NCBI RefSeq assembly: GCF_006345805.1
Contig: NC_043001.1
Coordinates: 77,624,001-77,688,000, forward strand
Length of the DNA: 64,000 nucleotides
Origin: Octopus sinensis
Lineage: Eukaryota
Direction of reading: 5' to 3'
Shown here: piece by piece, positions 13,750 to 28,978 of the stretch
Layout: each line of letters starts with the position of its first letter
How positions within the stretch are numbered: the stretch's first letter is position 1
Notes under the pieces: generated by a model
Told to the model about the DNA's origin: nothing
Databases searched by the model: none
Seen by the model: the letters and a program-made list of their open reading frames with translations, nothing else
Made by a program: the position numbers and the translations under genes

Positions 13750-14150
13750 TTTTTTCTACTATAAGCACAAGGTCTGGATTTTGTGGGGAGTGGGACAGTC
13801 GATCACATCGACTCCAGTACTCAACTGGTACTTAATTTATCGACCCCGAAAGGATGAAAGGCAAAGTCGACCTCGGCGGAATTTGAACTCAGAACGTAGC
13901 GGCAGACAAAATACCTATTTCTTTACTACCCACAAGGGGCTAAACACAGAGAGGACAAACAAGGACAGACAAACGGATTAAGTGGATTATATCGATCCCA
14001 GTGCGTAACTGGTACTTATTTAATCGACCCCGAAAGGATGAAAGGCAAAGTCTACCTCGGCGGAATTTGAACTAAGAACGTAACGGCAGACGAAATACTG
14101 CTAAGTATTTCGCCCGGCGTGCTAACGTTTCTGCCAGCTCGCCGCCTCAT

Positions 14151-14206
<56 letters not shown>

Positions 14207-14545
14207 TGATGATGATGATGATGAGGATGATGATGATGATGATAATAATAATAATGGTTTCAAATTCTGACACAAAAACAGACATCTTGTGGGAGGGGAC
14301 GAGTCGATTACACCAACCCGGTTGTTTCACTGGTTTTTAATTTATAGACGCCGAAAGGATGAAAGACGAAGTCGGCCTCAGCAGAATTTGAACTGAGAAC
14401 GTGAGAATGGACTCAATACTGCTAAGCTTTTTACTCACCGTGCTAAGGATTCTGCCAGCTCACCGCCTCTAATAATAATAATAATGATAATAATAATAAC
14501 CTCAACAACAACAACAACAACAACAGCAACAACAACAACAACAGC

Positions 14546-14582
<37 letters not shown>

Positions 14583-15292
14583 CAACAACAACAATAATAA
14601 TAATAATAATGATACTTTCTACTATAGTCGCAAGGGCTGAAAGTTTCGGGGTAAGGGGCCTAGTCAATTAGATCAACACCAGTATGCAACTGGTTTTGAC
14701 CAGTATGCAATTTATCGACACCGCGAAATGATGAAAGGCAAAGTCGACATCGGTGGACGAAATGCCGCTAAGCATTTCTCCCGGCGTGCTAACGATTCTG
14801 CCAGCTCGCCGCCTTGTGATGATCGGATTATCACTAATAAATAAATAATTAAATAATACCGACAAAAGCAATATGAACGCGGAAAGGTAATCTTGATCCC
14901 CAACTTAGCTTTGAGTTTGTAGTAGTACACGGAATTCTATGTTACTTACATAGAGAGAATATCTGATAAAGACTGCTATGGTCGCCAGAACTGCCAGATC
15001 CCGTAGTTTCACCCTGCTATGGATTCCTCAGCGAGAGATTGTTTTTCTTTTCTTCTCTAGTTTCAGCTCAGAGCTGATGCACCGCCTTTACATAAAATCT
15101 ACTCTAGGCAAAAGGCCCGTAATTTTGAGGGAGGTGGCTAGTCGAGTAGATCGACCCACTATACAACTGGTACTCCGAAAGGATGAAAGGTAAAGTCGAC
15201 TTCGGCGGAATTTGAACTCAGAACATAAAGACTGACGAAATACCGCGAAGCATTGCGCCCGGCGTGCAAATGATTCTGCCAGTTCGCCACCT
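13750..15292 (-). mobile_element. Cluster of four SINE family B copies (13750-14147, 14256-14470, 14620-14815, 15100-15292)
   Basis: Element head GGCGGCGAGCTGGCAGAAACGTTAGCACG...GAGTTCAAATTCCGCCGAGGTCGACTTTGCCTTTCATCCTTTCGG; the first three copies are separated by AAT/GAT/AAC arrays. Confidence 0.85.
14950..15013 (-). other. Candidate exon upstream of 12614-12689
   Basis: Strong donor TAT|GTAAGT; open frame VKLRDLAVLATIAVFIRYSLY ends in phase 0; acceptor weak. Confidence 0.25.
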
Positions 15293-15554
15293 TCTAAAAA
15301 ATTATGAACGGTGGATGGCTAAGTTTCAACAGGGATCAAGTAATCCAGAATGAAAACTAATATTGGTTTAAATTAGCAATAGGCAAATCGTGGCCCGTAT
15401 GACTGAATGACACGCCGAACGAAAATTATTTTTAATTGTTTAGTAGGCCACCCCGCCTGATTCTAATTCACACCAGATTTAACGCGGTAACAAGACATCG
15501 GATTTTAGGTGTTAAATATCTAGATATGGTTAATTAAGAAGAAAGGCATGAAAT

Positions 15555-18127
15555 ACGAGGACTATACACCTGTTCCACTAATATTTGGCAGTCCAAAAAC
15601 AGCTACAAAGCGAAGCCAGATCATTGTGCACTGGATATATTGCAACCTCAGCGAATGTCAGGCATGTCGAGTCCTTCACCCAGCGGCTGTTGACAACAAA
15701 CGGCGGGTCTTCCCAGCGGAACGTATCATGTCCACACTATGTGGTATATGAGACGCTCAAGTCTGTTCAGACGAAATGGGACAAGGCATGATGGTCAGGC
15801 GTTAGTATTTGACGGAGGCGATGTATGCATTCGTCACTTCTGCCCTAGCTTTCAGAGACGGGTTTCTACTGTGACATATGTGGGGGAGATTTTCTAACCT
15901 GCTCGTCACGTTTCTCCTGCACTTGGAAATCAGGCCAAACGTGACCCAGAACAATTTAACCGGTCTGTCAGTTCAGCATCCCTCAGTACTGTTGGACGGC
16001 ATGGACCTGCCTCTCATTGTGCCGAGTTGCAGTCTCACAGACTTTTCTTGATTGATTTTTGCCTCTGTCATCGCCTCGTATTCTTATAGAGCCTAGTGTT
16101 TGATAACATGTATGGTCACGTCGTTCGCGTATGCTGACAAGTTCCTTTTACATCATAGTTTGCTTGGGATGCCCCTCAAAGTTTCCAATGTCTGCAGTAG
16201 TAGCTCTAGAATCAGTGCATACAGAAGAGAGAAGAGACAACAATGATGGACCAAGCTAGTGATGCTGAATCTTTCCGTTAGGTGACCGCTAACCCGAGCC
16301 AGCTTGCAGATGTTGCAGTTCATTGTGGCAATCTAGCCACGGGAAATGGAACGAAACCTGCCGTCGAGTTTTGGTGGTCGACTCTATCCGATTTGATCAG
16401 AGCACCACCCATGCCAAGTCATTACTCACCCTCTCTATAACGTATCGCACGGGGTGTTTGCGCCTGTTTTCACATTATCAATCAGACCGTCGACGATCAG
16501 CGACAGTCTCTTTACCTTGGCAAATATCTTAGTAAAATTATCAATGTAAATCCCCTTTGTGGATCTTTTCTTAACAGTGTCACTGTAGGGCAAACCATCA
16601 AAACCAAACGATTTGATCCTCATGCTGCCAACCATCGCTTCCTATATCTCTGCGACTAGAAGGCATCTTGGATACGCATTTGGATTTTGTGGTGTTAGCC
16701 GATAGAAGGCGGCTGGGTGTAAAAGCCTCGTAAACTTGTTCAGCCATCTGAATGGTACCGATTGTATTTCTCAAATGCATCATCGTGGACAAGGGCAAGC
16801 TGCATCAGGACACATAGATTTGCAGCTAGGCAGTATTCTTTAGGCCAATAGAAACGGATTACATTTGCAGTGTCGATTCTGAGAATAGGTATGTTCACCA
16901 AAAGAGAAGTGGGTAAAAAAGAGTCCCTTTTTAAATTTCTGTGCAGAGATAGGTATTTCATCCCTTTGATTGGCCGTGAGTATATACACTAACATTTCTT
17001 TTATAATCATTATTATTTATAAAAGCACTGCTTTTAGCATTTTAGGATGTTTAGGGCGTGATATTCTAGTCGATCTGTAGTTATTGTTGGTGATGTTAGT
17101 ATTTCCATGCATGTGGGTGATTTGTTCTTTATTGGTTGTGTTTATGCCGGTGTAATTAATGATCTTATTTTGTTAGCGCTGTGATGCGTGATCTAGCTGT
17201 TGTGTGTGTGAATGAGGTTGTGCTTCTAATGGTGGTGTCTGTGATAAAGGTAGTTGAAGTGATGGTGGTGATCCTTTCGAATGTACTTTTGTAGGGGCTG
17301 TTGTGGTGGTGTTTGGGCGTTGTTTCTGAAAGGCGCCTCTCCATTTGGTCATAACTGCCAGTTAATTTGTATTGGTGTGGTTCAGTTCCCTTTCGTTTTT
17401 TTGCTCTAGTAACTTTTTATCTTTTAGGCGATTTCGTTAAATGGTTTTAATGGTTCCAAGCGGGGAATGGAAAGTTTTGTGGGTCAATCTGTTTTTGCCA
17501 CATTGTTTGAGGGACTTTCAATTGCTGATGCTGATGATGTGCCTTCTCTTACAGGAGGTGTTTGTTTTGTTGATTTTGTTGCTGTTGCTTCCACAGGTAG
17601 TGCGTTGTTGCTCTAATTGCTGCTTCATGTCCTGTAGGGAGTGTGGAAATCACATGTTATGCGGTTGCATGCTGTGTTTTGTGGTTGCTGCTGTGTTTAT
17701 TGATGATGATGTTGTGGTGTTGGCAGCAGCGAAAGCTTTATTTCTGCTGCCATTGCTAGTTGTTGTTGCTGAAGCAGAAGGCCTTGAGGTGCTTCGTCTA
17801 GTTTTTCACCACAACTTTCTCTCACTCTTTCTTCCTACTTCTTCCACAAAGCAGAGGAATCATGGTGTAACCCACTATGGTGTGGTAAACCTTTAGACCT
17901 TAGTCTAGATTGCGAATCCTCTGTACCCCAGGATGGTTCAGCTCTCCACCCGTTAAAAGTCACCGTTTACGGAATGAGGATAACAACGTAGCTTTGGCGC
18001 CCGTGCAACCGCCAGTCTATCGCATGTGGTGGGTGGATCTTCAAGTCGCCACACGCATTCTTAGTAGCTTAGAGTAGGCTCGAATTAGAGGTTATTCTTT
18101 GTGGTTAATGGCGTGAGTTCCGATTGG
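15555..18127 (-). mobile_element. Decayed, internally deleted Tx1-clade LINE (ORF1 and ORF2 remnants)
   Basis: Minus-strand motifs KSFGFDGLPY (KSPGLDGLP), DRVDH, LSAYANDVTI (YADD box) and VCCQQPLGEGLDMP; K/Q/T-rich ORF1-like region at ~17000-17900. Confidence 0.7.
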
Positions 18128-18226
18128 AAGAAGAAAAAGAACAAGATGAAGAAGTAGAAGAAGAAGAAGAACGACAACAACAACATCAGCGACAATAACA
18201 ATACAAACAACAACAATAATTATAGT

Positions 18227-18597
18227 CTTTTCTGCTATAGGCACAAGGTCTGGAATTTGAGGGAGGCGGATAGTGGATTACATCGATTCCAGTGCTTAAC
18301 TGTTAATCAATTTATCGACCTCGAAAGGATGAAAGGCACTGTCGACCTCAGAACGTAGCGACAGACGAAATACCTATTTCTTTACTACCCACAAGGGGCT
18401 AAACAAAGAGGAGACAAACAAGGACAGACAAACGGTTTAAGTCGACCCCAGTGCGTTACTGGTACTTAATTTATTGACCCCAAAGGATGAAAGTCAAAGT
18501 CGACCTCGGCGGAATTTGAACTCAGAACGTAACGGCAGAGGAAGTAAGGCTACGCATTTCGCCCGGCGTGGTAACGTTTCTGCCAGCTCGCCGCCTC
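18227..18597 (-). mobile_element. SINE family B with internal duplication
   Basis: Same layout as 13750-14147; AAT/AAC arrays on both sides. Confidence 0.85.
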
Positions 18598-18606
18598 ATG
18601 ATCGGA

Positions 18607-18704
<98 letters not shown>

Positions 18705-18765
18705 AACAACAATAATAATAACAACAACAATAATAATAATGATAATAATAATTATAATAATAATA

Positions 18766-18805
<40 letters not shown>

Positions 18806-18989
18806 CTTTAACATGCACCCACTTCCGATATTTTAGAGGAAGGAATAGGCGATTATATTGATTTCAGATCTTGACTAGTAATTATCATATTGATTGCTGA
18901 AGGATAAAAAAGAAATTGACCTCTGATTGGTTAGAATCGAATTACGTAATCAGATAAATAGAATAATTTTTAGTTAGCTTGAGGTATCG

Positions 18990-19420
18990 CATTTCTATAT
19001 TTAACAGATGAGGAATTACGTCCATTATTTACATTCGACGGATATTTGTCCTCATCTTGTTTGTCGTTAACACAACGTTTCGGCTGATATACCCTCCAAA
19101 CTTCTTCATGTGTCTTGGGGAAATTTCGAACCTGGGTTCTCATTCATAAGGTATTTTTCGATGCTATTATCATTATTATTATTGTTATAGTTCAGGTCAC
19201 TGCTTGAAATCGAACTCGGAATCTTGGGGTTAGTAGCCCACGCTCTTAACCACTACGCCATATGTCCGTGGTCATCGGAAAATACATTAGGAATGAGAAC
19301 CCAGGTTCGAAATTTCCCCAAGACACCTGAAGAAGGCTGGAGGATATATCAGCCGAAACGCTGTGTTAACAACAAACAAGATGAGGACAAATATCCGTCG
19401 AATGTAAATAATGTAAATAA
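18990..19420 (-). mobile_element. tRNA-headed non-autonomous element with hammerhead-like tail, 5' inverted tail copy and 11-bp TSD
   Basis: TSD TTGAGGTATCG at 18979-18989 and 19421-19431; inverted arms ~19014-19163 and ~19273-19422; minus-strand A box TGGCGTAGTGG and B box GAGTTCGATTTC at 19206-19260. Confidence 0.8.
19322..19367 (+). ncRNA. Minimal hammerhead ribozyme-like motif (cleavage triplet mutated in this copy)
   Basis: GACAC-CTGAAGA-A-GGCTG(loop)CAGCC-GAAA-CGCT-GTGTT; the mirror copy at 19069-19114 has GAAACGTTGTGTT. Confidence 0.6.
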
Positions 19421-19974
19421 TTGAGGTATCGTGTTCAAATCGTCCTGTGAGTTTCTCATTCAATTTGTTTGAGTAACCGAAACATAAAAAAAGTGTTAGG
19501 AGTGGAACATTGATTCGAACGATGCAAACCTGACAATATCTAACTTATACTCTCATGCGAATACGGACGCGCATATACATGCACGTGCACATGCGCACAG
19601 AGCACAGAACACATAGAAACAAATGTAAGCCATCATTGGGCATGAGAACAGGTGACCCTGTGTCTGTGTGCCTCGTAGCATTTATTTGGAGAAACGAAAA
19701 GAATTATCAAGAACCTAACAATATACATCCATACACACATAAACATACATTCACCCATGAATACATTCATATACACCTATCTGCGTAGATACATACATGC
19801 ACACATACATACATACAAACATACATACATACACACACACATATTTGTATATAAACACATACATAAGCACATAGAATATCGGAATGACTCAATTGGTTAT
19901 TCCATTTTTAGCTGTGTGATGTCAAGTGTAAGTCTTTGAATGCTAACTGAAATGTTTCATGATCAGTAGTTTCT

Positions 19975-20272
19975 AGGAGAAACAACAACAACAACAATAA
20001 TAATAATAATAATAATAATGATAATAATAATAGCAACAATAATAATAATAATAATAATAGGTAGTGGTAGTAGTAATGGTAATAGTAATAATACATAATA
20101 ATAATTTGTTGTCGCAGTAGTAATAGTAGTAATAGTAATAATAATAATAATGATGATAATAATAATAATGATAGCAACAATAATGATAATAGATAGTGGT
20201 AGTAGTAATAGTAATAGTAATAATAAAAAATAATACTTTGTAGTAGTAGTAGTAGTAGTAGTAGTAATAATG

Positions 20273-20305
<33 letters not shown>

Positions 20306-20381
20306 GCAACAACAATAATAATAGGTAGTGGTAGTAGTAATGGTAATACTAATAATAAATAATAATAATTTGTACTACTAC

Positions 20382-20431
<50 letters not shown>

Positions 20432-20475
20432 ATGATGATGATGATGATGATGATGATGGGGATGATGATAGTAAT

Positions 20476-20540
<65 letters not shown>
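19975..20540. repeat. Compound trinucleotide microsatellite block (AAT/TAG/GAT)
   Basis: Directly visible. Confidence 0.95.
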
Positions 20541-20541
<1 letters not shown>

Positions 20542-21269
20542 TGTGAAGCACAGCAGAAATAACAATACAAAAAAATGGCATAAAAATAAATCCCCACCAA
20601 CCTCATCCAATATCTTTATTTCTGATACGTTTTAAACTGTGACTAATGGAACAAGCGAAAGAGAAGAAAAATAGCAAAGCGATGCTATGGTAGGGAGTGC
20701 GGTAGGTTAAGTGCTGATGGTGAATCCGGTGAAGTCAGCGGTGGTGGATGAGGTACTGGATGTATAAGATGTTTGCTTATCCTGAGGTGGTGGCAGCGGC
20801 GGCAGAGTTGGTGGTAGTGGTGGTGGTGGTAGTGATGATTGTTGCTGATGGTGGTTTAGGACGTAACGTTTGGTAGTTTTTGTGGTTTTTATGAGACGGC
20901 TGTTGGTGGTGGACGTGATGGCTGTTGTAGTTTATTGTAGAGAGGTTAGTTGTGGTTGCAGTACTGTGGGTAGTAGCGGTTGGCTGGAAATTATTGCTGT
21001 GGTATTGGTGGTAGTAGTAGTAGTAGCAGTGTTTCTTTATATTGGGTGACTGATGACGTAATGGTTGTAGTGGTTGTTTTAATGGTATTAATGGCTGATA
21101 TAGTAGTGGTACTTGTTGTTTATGAGGTTGTTGTGGTGGTGATTGCAACGATAGAAGTCGTAGATGAGATTGTATGCCTGGTTTTTGTGGTAAAAGTTTG
21201 TAGACTGATGAAGAGAAGGGAGTAGATTTTGGAAAGATTCATTATATCTTATAATTCTCTGTGTGTGTA

Positions 21270-21303
<34 letters not shown>

Positions 21304-22794
21304 GGCAAATGAACAGATAGGGGAGAGTAAAGAAAGAAAAGGAGTGTAGAGAAAGTGAAAAGAGAGAAAAATAGAAGGAAGAGAAGGAGAAGGGGAGAAG
21401 TAAGAGAACAATAGGAAAATCATAGAGAGATACAGAGAAGGCAGAGAGAGAGAGAGGGGGGAAGAGAGATGGAAGAAATAGAGAGAGATAGAAAGGAGGC
21501 AGAAAGAGAGAAAGGTAGAGAAAAACAGACAGGGTGAGAGTAAGGATAGTGGGGGAAAGAAAGAGGAAGGATGCAAAATGAGTTATATGGAGAGAGGTTA
21601 GAGAGGAATAGTCATAGGAAGAGGAGAGGGAAGAAATAAAGAAGAGGGTTAGAAAGAAAGAGAGAATGTAGAGAGATGTATTATTAGAGAGAAGTAGAGT
21701 GGTGGGAGATTTACAGAGAGACAGAATAATAGATACGGAGATAGGAGTGATTAATATCTGGATGTATTCATTCATGCACATACACAGATATATACATATA
21801 CACTCACATATGTACATAGAGCTAGTTTTAAAATATGGCGCATATTTGAAAAAGTTATAGATAGTTGGATAGATAGACAGATAAATGAATAGTTAAATAG
21901 AGAGTTAGACATAGAGATATATCGCTATATAAATAGAACTGGTTTAAAGACATTGTACATGCATACAGACAAGTATAGTTATAGTTAGATGGATAGATAA
22001 ATGGTTTGAGAGATAGACAGATAACAGACAGAGATGTATTGATAGAGAAATAGGAAAAGAGATACGCGTAGAAAGACAGATAGATAAACTATGAAACGGA
22101 ATACTGTTTGGTTAGACAAATACACTCATACAAAGGCAGGAAGATATATATTCACATATGTAGATAGATAAACAGATATATAGATAGATAAAGAAATAGA
22201 CAAACAGTCCAACAAAGCAATAGAGAGATCGATTTAGAGATAGACAATGTGAAAACAGACAGGCATTGAAATAGATAAATGTTAGAGCGAGGCTCACAGA
22301 GAGACAAGAGATATAATCAAATAGAAAACTACAAAGTTTCCTAAAACAAAAAGAAATAAGTACAGCGGAAACAATAGTGATAAAAACAAAAACTAACAAA
22401 GAGGCAAAAGGAGACGAGAGAGTGAGAGAGAGAAATTTTGGCAACAGAAGTGAGTGGTAGAGAAGAGAAAGCTGGTTCAGAGGAAGATATAAGCTGAAGA
22501 AAGCATGAGAGACGTAAGGACATATTGATGTAAAGATATATATTAGAGAAGTTAGAGAAAGGGAAAGTGTATAAGGATGTCAGTGGAAAATTGATTGATG
22601 TATCAAAAGTATATTTAAATGAAATTAGGAATGTTTTATTATATGAAATAGGATGAAATGATATTCATCTGAGAGGAAGAAGGGTATGAGACAGAGATAT
22701 CAACATTTCTATCTCCTTTTACCAACACACACACACACACACTTGTTTGTAAATGTATATATATATGTATACATGATATATATGATTACGTATA

Positions 22795-23062
<268 letters not shown>

Positions 23063-23063
<1 letters not shown>

Positions 23064-24192
23064 GCGAGTGTCGCGTTGCTCTCAAGCAACTCTGCCGTCC
23101 TGGGTCGACCTTAAGTGACTTCAACACAACCAAAGCATTCTATAGGGGTTTAGTGGAGGGGAGGTACGACGACGAGCTCGGGGCGAACCTGGACGTCGAC
23201 GAGGAGTACCTGACCCGCCTGTTCGGGACGACTTTCGGGCCAGGGCCCATGGACAACTTCCAGAGATCCCTGGCCTGGCAGTGCTACCGAGAAGCGCTAC
23301 CCGTTCGGGATAAGCTCTACAGACACGGCTCGAGAAACACGGGGCCGACCTGCCCGAGATGCGGTCAGAGCGACGAAACCGTTCTGCACGCACTCGTTCA
23401 GTGTCCAACAATTTCCGACCTGTGGGCTTATGTCGAACAACTGCTGTCACGTGTGGGACGAGTCGGTTTATCAGCTGAGTCTATCGTCAATATTGTCACG
23501 CCTCCTTCCTTCAAACGGGAAGGAAGAGCTATTTTCATCATCCTTGTGGCTATGGCGAAAGAATGTATCTGGTGGACGCGTCTGAAAGGATTGGAGACAA
23601 ACACTTTCCTCTCTGGTCAATCTCTCATCAACTTCTTCAAGTACCACTTGAAAAGGAAAGTGAGAGTAGAGAGGCAAGTTTTGTCTAGCGAATGTTTTAA
23701 AAAAAGATGGGTGAATGTAGCAAGAATGGCACGTATGAATGACGAAGCCACCTTGAGCATAGTCCTATGAACCCAGAATCGAAAACAGAGAGTTGCTTAT
23801 TTGCAAAAAAAAAAAAAAAAAAGAAATATAAAATGTGACTTCATTGACCGAGGTTACCGTGGTCTTTTCCGCAGGCTTTTCTTTCCACGGGTAAACCTCA
23901 CCTGTCCTCCCCTTTACACTTCATATTGACATTTCTGTGATAACGATCCCTATTGATCATTTTTTTTTTTTTTTTTTCCTCTCCCCCCCTTTTTTAAAAT
24001 TTTTTTTTATTTTTTTTAACCCCCCTTATTTTTGTCCTCTTTCTCTCCTTTTACGATCCCTTTTGATCGAACCTCCCCCTTCCTTTTTTTATTTATTTAT
24101 TTATTTTTTTTTTTTTTAATACCTTCAAAAGAAAAGCTCTACCTTGTAATTTGTTCTATCTGTGTGCAGCCCTGTGTGGCTAATAAAGAAAC
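23063..24192 (+). mobile_element. 5'-truncated Tx1-clade LINE (ORF2 C-terminus with zf-RVT, plus 3' UTR)
   Basis: Frame open from 23063 to the stop at 23770; LAWQCYREALPVRDKL...CPRCGQSDETVLHALVQC zinc knuckle; T-rich UTR ending GCTAATAAAGAAAC; (TATC)n on both sides. Confidence 0.85.
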
Positions 24193-24193
24193 A

Positions 24194-24224
<31 letters not shown>

Positions 24225-24390
24225 AGTAGGTTCAAACGTTACAGTTTTCGACGAATGAGAAAGAGCTCTCAATAGACATTGTATATTCTATAGTTTGTTG
24301 AAACTGAATTCCATTGTTACGACTCAACTTTCACGTCATAGAGATCATCAGACAAGAACCTGATGAACCCCGTTGCAAGGAACACGAGTA

Positions 24391-24488
<98 letters not shown>

Positions 24489-24818
24489 GTGAAGGCGCAT
24501 GAGATGGATTAGTGGTTAGGGTAATTGGTTCACAATTGTAAGGTCGTCAGTTCGATTCACGGCGGCGTGTTGTGTCCCTGATGTCCTTGATGATGACACC
24601 TTTTTTCACGTTTTTCCAGTCCGTTCAACTGGCAAAAATGAGTTGTTCTTGTAATTCAAAGGGCCGTCCTGCGTCATGCTGACTTTTCCTGAGAAGTAAC
24701 AACTTTAAGGTGTACACGTGTCTCTGTAGTTCTCAGCCACCTACTATATATATTTCACGAGAAGTCTGTTCCGTTCAGTCTACTGGAACCCTCATCTTCG
24801 TAACCGACGGAGTACCAG
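24489..24818 (+). mobile_element. tRNA-derived SINE, family D
   Basis: GTGAAGGCGCATG...TAGTGGTTAGGG...AGTTCGATTC head, TTGTGTCC...TTCACG central domain; related copy at 32213-32513. Confidence 0.75.
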
Positions 24819-24974
24819 CTATTATTGTTATTATTATTATTATTGTTGTTGTTGTTGTTGTTGTTGTTATTATTATTATTATTATTATTATCATTATTAT
24901 TATTATTATTATTATTATTGTTATTATTATTATCATTATCATCATCATTATTATTATTATTATTATTGTTATTT

Positions 24975-25195
24975 TTCCTTCTCCCTTCAAATTTTCTTCC
25001 ATTTCTCGCCGATAATGCTCTTCTCGGTACATGGGTCGTTCCAGTTAACTCGATCTTTTGCACTACCTGTAGTGATGGTAAGCCTGCTATCATTTTCAAA
25101 TAGGTTTCAGCACCGTTTTTTTAATCATTTCTAGAGATCTTACAATCAGTGGTACTGTAGTCGCCTTGAGATGCCACTTTTTTTCAATTTCTATT
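24975..25195 (-). mobile_element. R4/Dong-type LINE 3' fragment
   Basis: IEIEKKWHLKATTVPLIV...VQKIELTGTTHVPRRALS; ATT/AAT arrays on both sides. Confidence 0.7.
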
Positions 25196-25196
25196 A

Positions 25197-25241
<45 letters not shown>

Positions 25242-25291
25242 ATTATTATTATTATTATTATATTATTAATATTATTATATTATTATTATTA

Positions 25292-25625
<334 letters not shown>

Positions 25626-26493
25626 TGATAGATATCATGTACACACACACGCACACACACACACACCACACACCACACACACACACACACACACATACAC
25701 ACACACACACACACATTTACAAGCAAGTGTGTTTGCAAAAAGAGATAGAAATGTTGATATCTTTGTCTGATACCGTTCTTCCCCTCTGATGAATATCATT
25801 TCATCCTATTTCATATCGCTCGCCCACTCTCACATTACCCTTCTTCTCTTTCACTTCACCTCCCCCTCCACTCTAGCAAAGGAGAGAGTGAAGTGTGAAC
25901 GAACATGTAGAAGAGTAATATTAGAGATTTAGTTCAATAAAGCCACCACCACCACGACACCACCACCACGACAACCACCACCACGACTCTCATCATCATC
26001 ATTATCCTCATCCTCATCGTGATCGTCATAATCATCATCATCATCATCATCATCGTTGTCGTCGTCGTGGTCATCATCATCATCATCATCACCATAGTTT
26101 TCAGTAACAAAGCTCATTTGATTTCATTTCAGTCCAGCTGCTTGTTTATATCAACATTTTCTTGGTGATGAACTCTACTCTGACAATACAAACGCACTCT
26201 CTCTGTCTATGTGTATCTCTCCCTCTCTCTCCTTCTGTCTCTCTCTTAATGTAATTACCTCCTTTCTCCATCAGTCTCTATCTGCCTTTCTTTAACCTCC
26301 CACCAGAACATCACCATCTGCAATGGATTGTATCCAAAACATACCTATTTCTCTTTACCTTTCTTTCCCCACCCTACAACACGTCTTTAACACTTCACTT
26401 CCCCTCTTTTCTCTCAAACATCACCTTTCCCTTCAGGCAACTACGTAAGGCATTTGGCCTCGGTGTATCATTATACTCTCCTCTTATTATTTC

Positions 26494-28827
<2,334 letters not shown>

Positions 28828-28829
28828 TA

Positions 28830-28978
28830 ATGGCTGTGTGGTAAGAAGCTTGCTTCTCAACCACATAGTTCCGGGTTCAGTGCCGCTACGTGGCTACTTA
28901 TACAAGTGTCTTCTATTATAGCCTCGAGTCGACCTAAGCCTTGTGAATGAACTTGTTATATGGAAACCGAAAGAAGCC
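28830..28978 (+). mobile_element. SINE family A, 5' half
   Basis: TGGCTGTGTGGTAAGAAGCTTGC...GGGTTCAGTG...GGAAACCGAAAGAAGCC. Confidence 0.75.

Noticed and set aside
19200-19271. Functional tRNA gene (likewise the heads at 2480-2534, 32213-32285 and 32810-32880)
   Set aside because: A and B boxes are present, but there is no convincing acceptor stem and each continues into a repeat body; these are SINE heads.
20640-22560. Coding potential of long ORFs in the GT-rich and GA-rich tracts
   Set aside because: Low-complexity decayed microsatellite sequence without recognisable domains or convincing splice structure.
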